This document shows, piece by piece, positions 63,613 through 64,000 of a DNA stretch of 64,000 nucleotides. A program made the position numbers and the translations under genes. Position 1 is the first letter of the stretch. Each line of letters opens with the position of its first letter. The DNA comes from the human T2T-CHM13v2.0 reference genome, Homo sapiens. The notes under the pieces are model-generated. The model had not been told where the DNA came from, ran no database searches, and worked only from the letters and a program-made list of their open reading frames with translations. Location of the stretch: assembly GCF_009914755.1 (NCBI RefSeq), contig NC_060926.1, one strand, 5' to 3'.

Positions 63613-64000
63613 CCAATTAGTAAAGTATTCTTATTGCAGCAACAAAAATGTTGCAAATAAAATTACCTACTTGATTTACAGGAAAGGCTTAAATGTATCC
63701 TTCAAGTAACGGACTGTTACTTACTAGGGAAGATGGTTTCAGCAGTTGGGAAAGCGGAACCACAGAGCTTTACTCAGTTTTCATAAGCAAATAATGGGGA
63801 CTTTACATATTGACAGCAGGGAGTGGTAAGATTCCCAACCAACTGCGGCATTTCTGTGAGAGCAAGTCAGAGTAAGAGGAATGGCAGAAGAAACGAAACA
63901 GAAAGTGGAGAGAGTGACAGGCAAACTGCAGTTGGGTTAAATGAGATATGAGAAAGGTTAGCAGTTCAGGAGACACCATTTCACTCCCCAGTTCAAGCTA

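Overview
Primate (almost certainly human) genomic DNA rich in Alu, L1, L2, MIR, MaLR/ERVL LTRs and DNA-transposon fossils. The only protein-coding gene is E2F6 on the minus strand: 7 coding exons, 846 nt, 281 aa, ATG at 28891, stop at 9487-9489. It has a U12-type AT-AC intron (13137-14659), candidate cassette exons in intron 1, and a CpG-island promoter near 29.0-29.4 kb with NRF1, YY1, E2F6 and E-box motifs. From my knowledge of 2p25.1 synteny (not provable from the sequence alone), the second CpG island (about 44.9-46.5 kb) is probably the distal non-coding first exon and promoter of GREB1, and the ERE/AP-1/GATA/FOX cluster at about 61.5-62.6 kb is probably a GREB1 estrogen enhancer. A consensus CTCF site at 41131 lies between the two promoters. 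This is a well-studied locus and I cannot claim a new system. The most unusual observations are: (i) a ~140-bp inverted copy of nearby DNA inserted precisely inside an MST LTR; (ii) a full-length THE1 element whose donors could feed a chain of minus-strand exon-like segments downstream of E2F6; (iii) paired E2F6-site/E-box motifs suggesting PRC1.6 autoregulation; (iv) an L2-derived stop-and-restart exon; (v) converging ERVL LTR-internal junctions. Repeat boundaries and subfamily calls were made by eye and are approximate.
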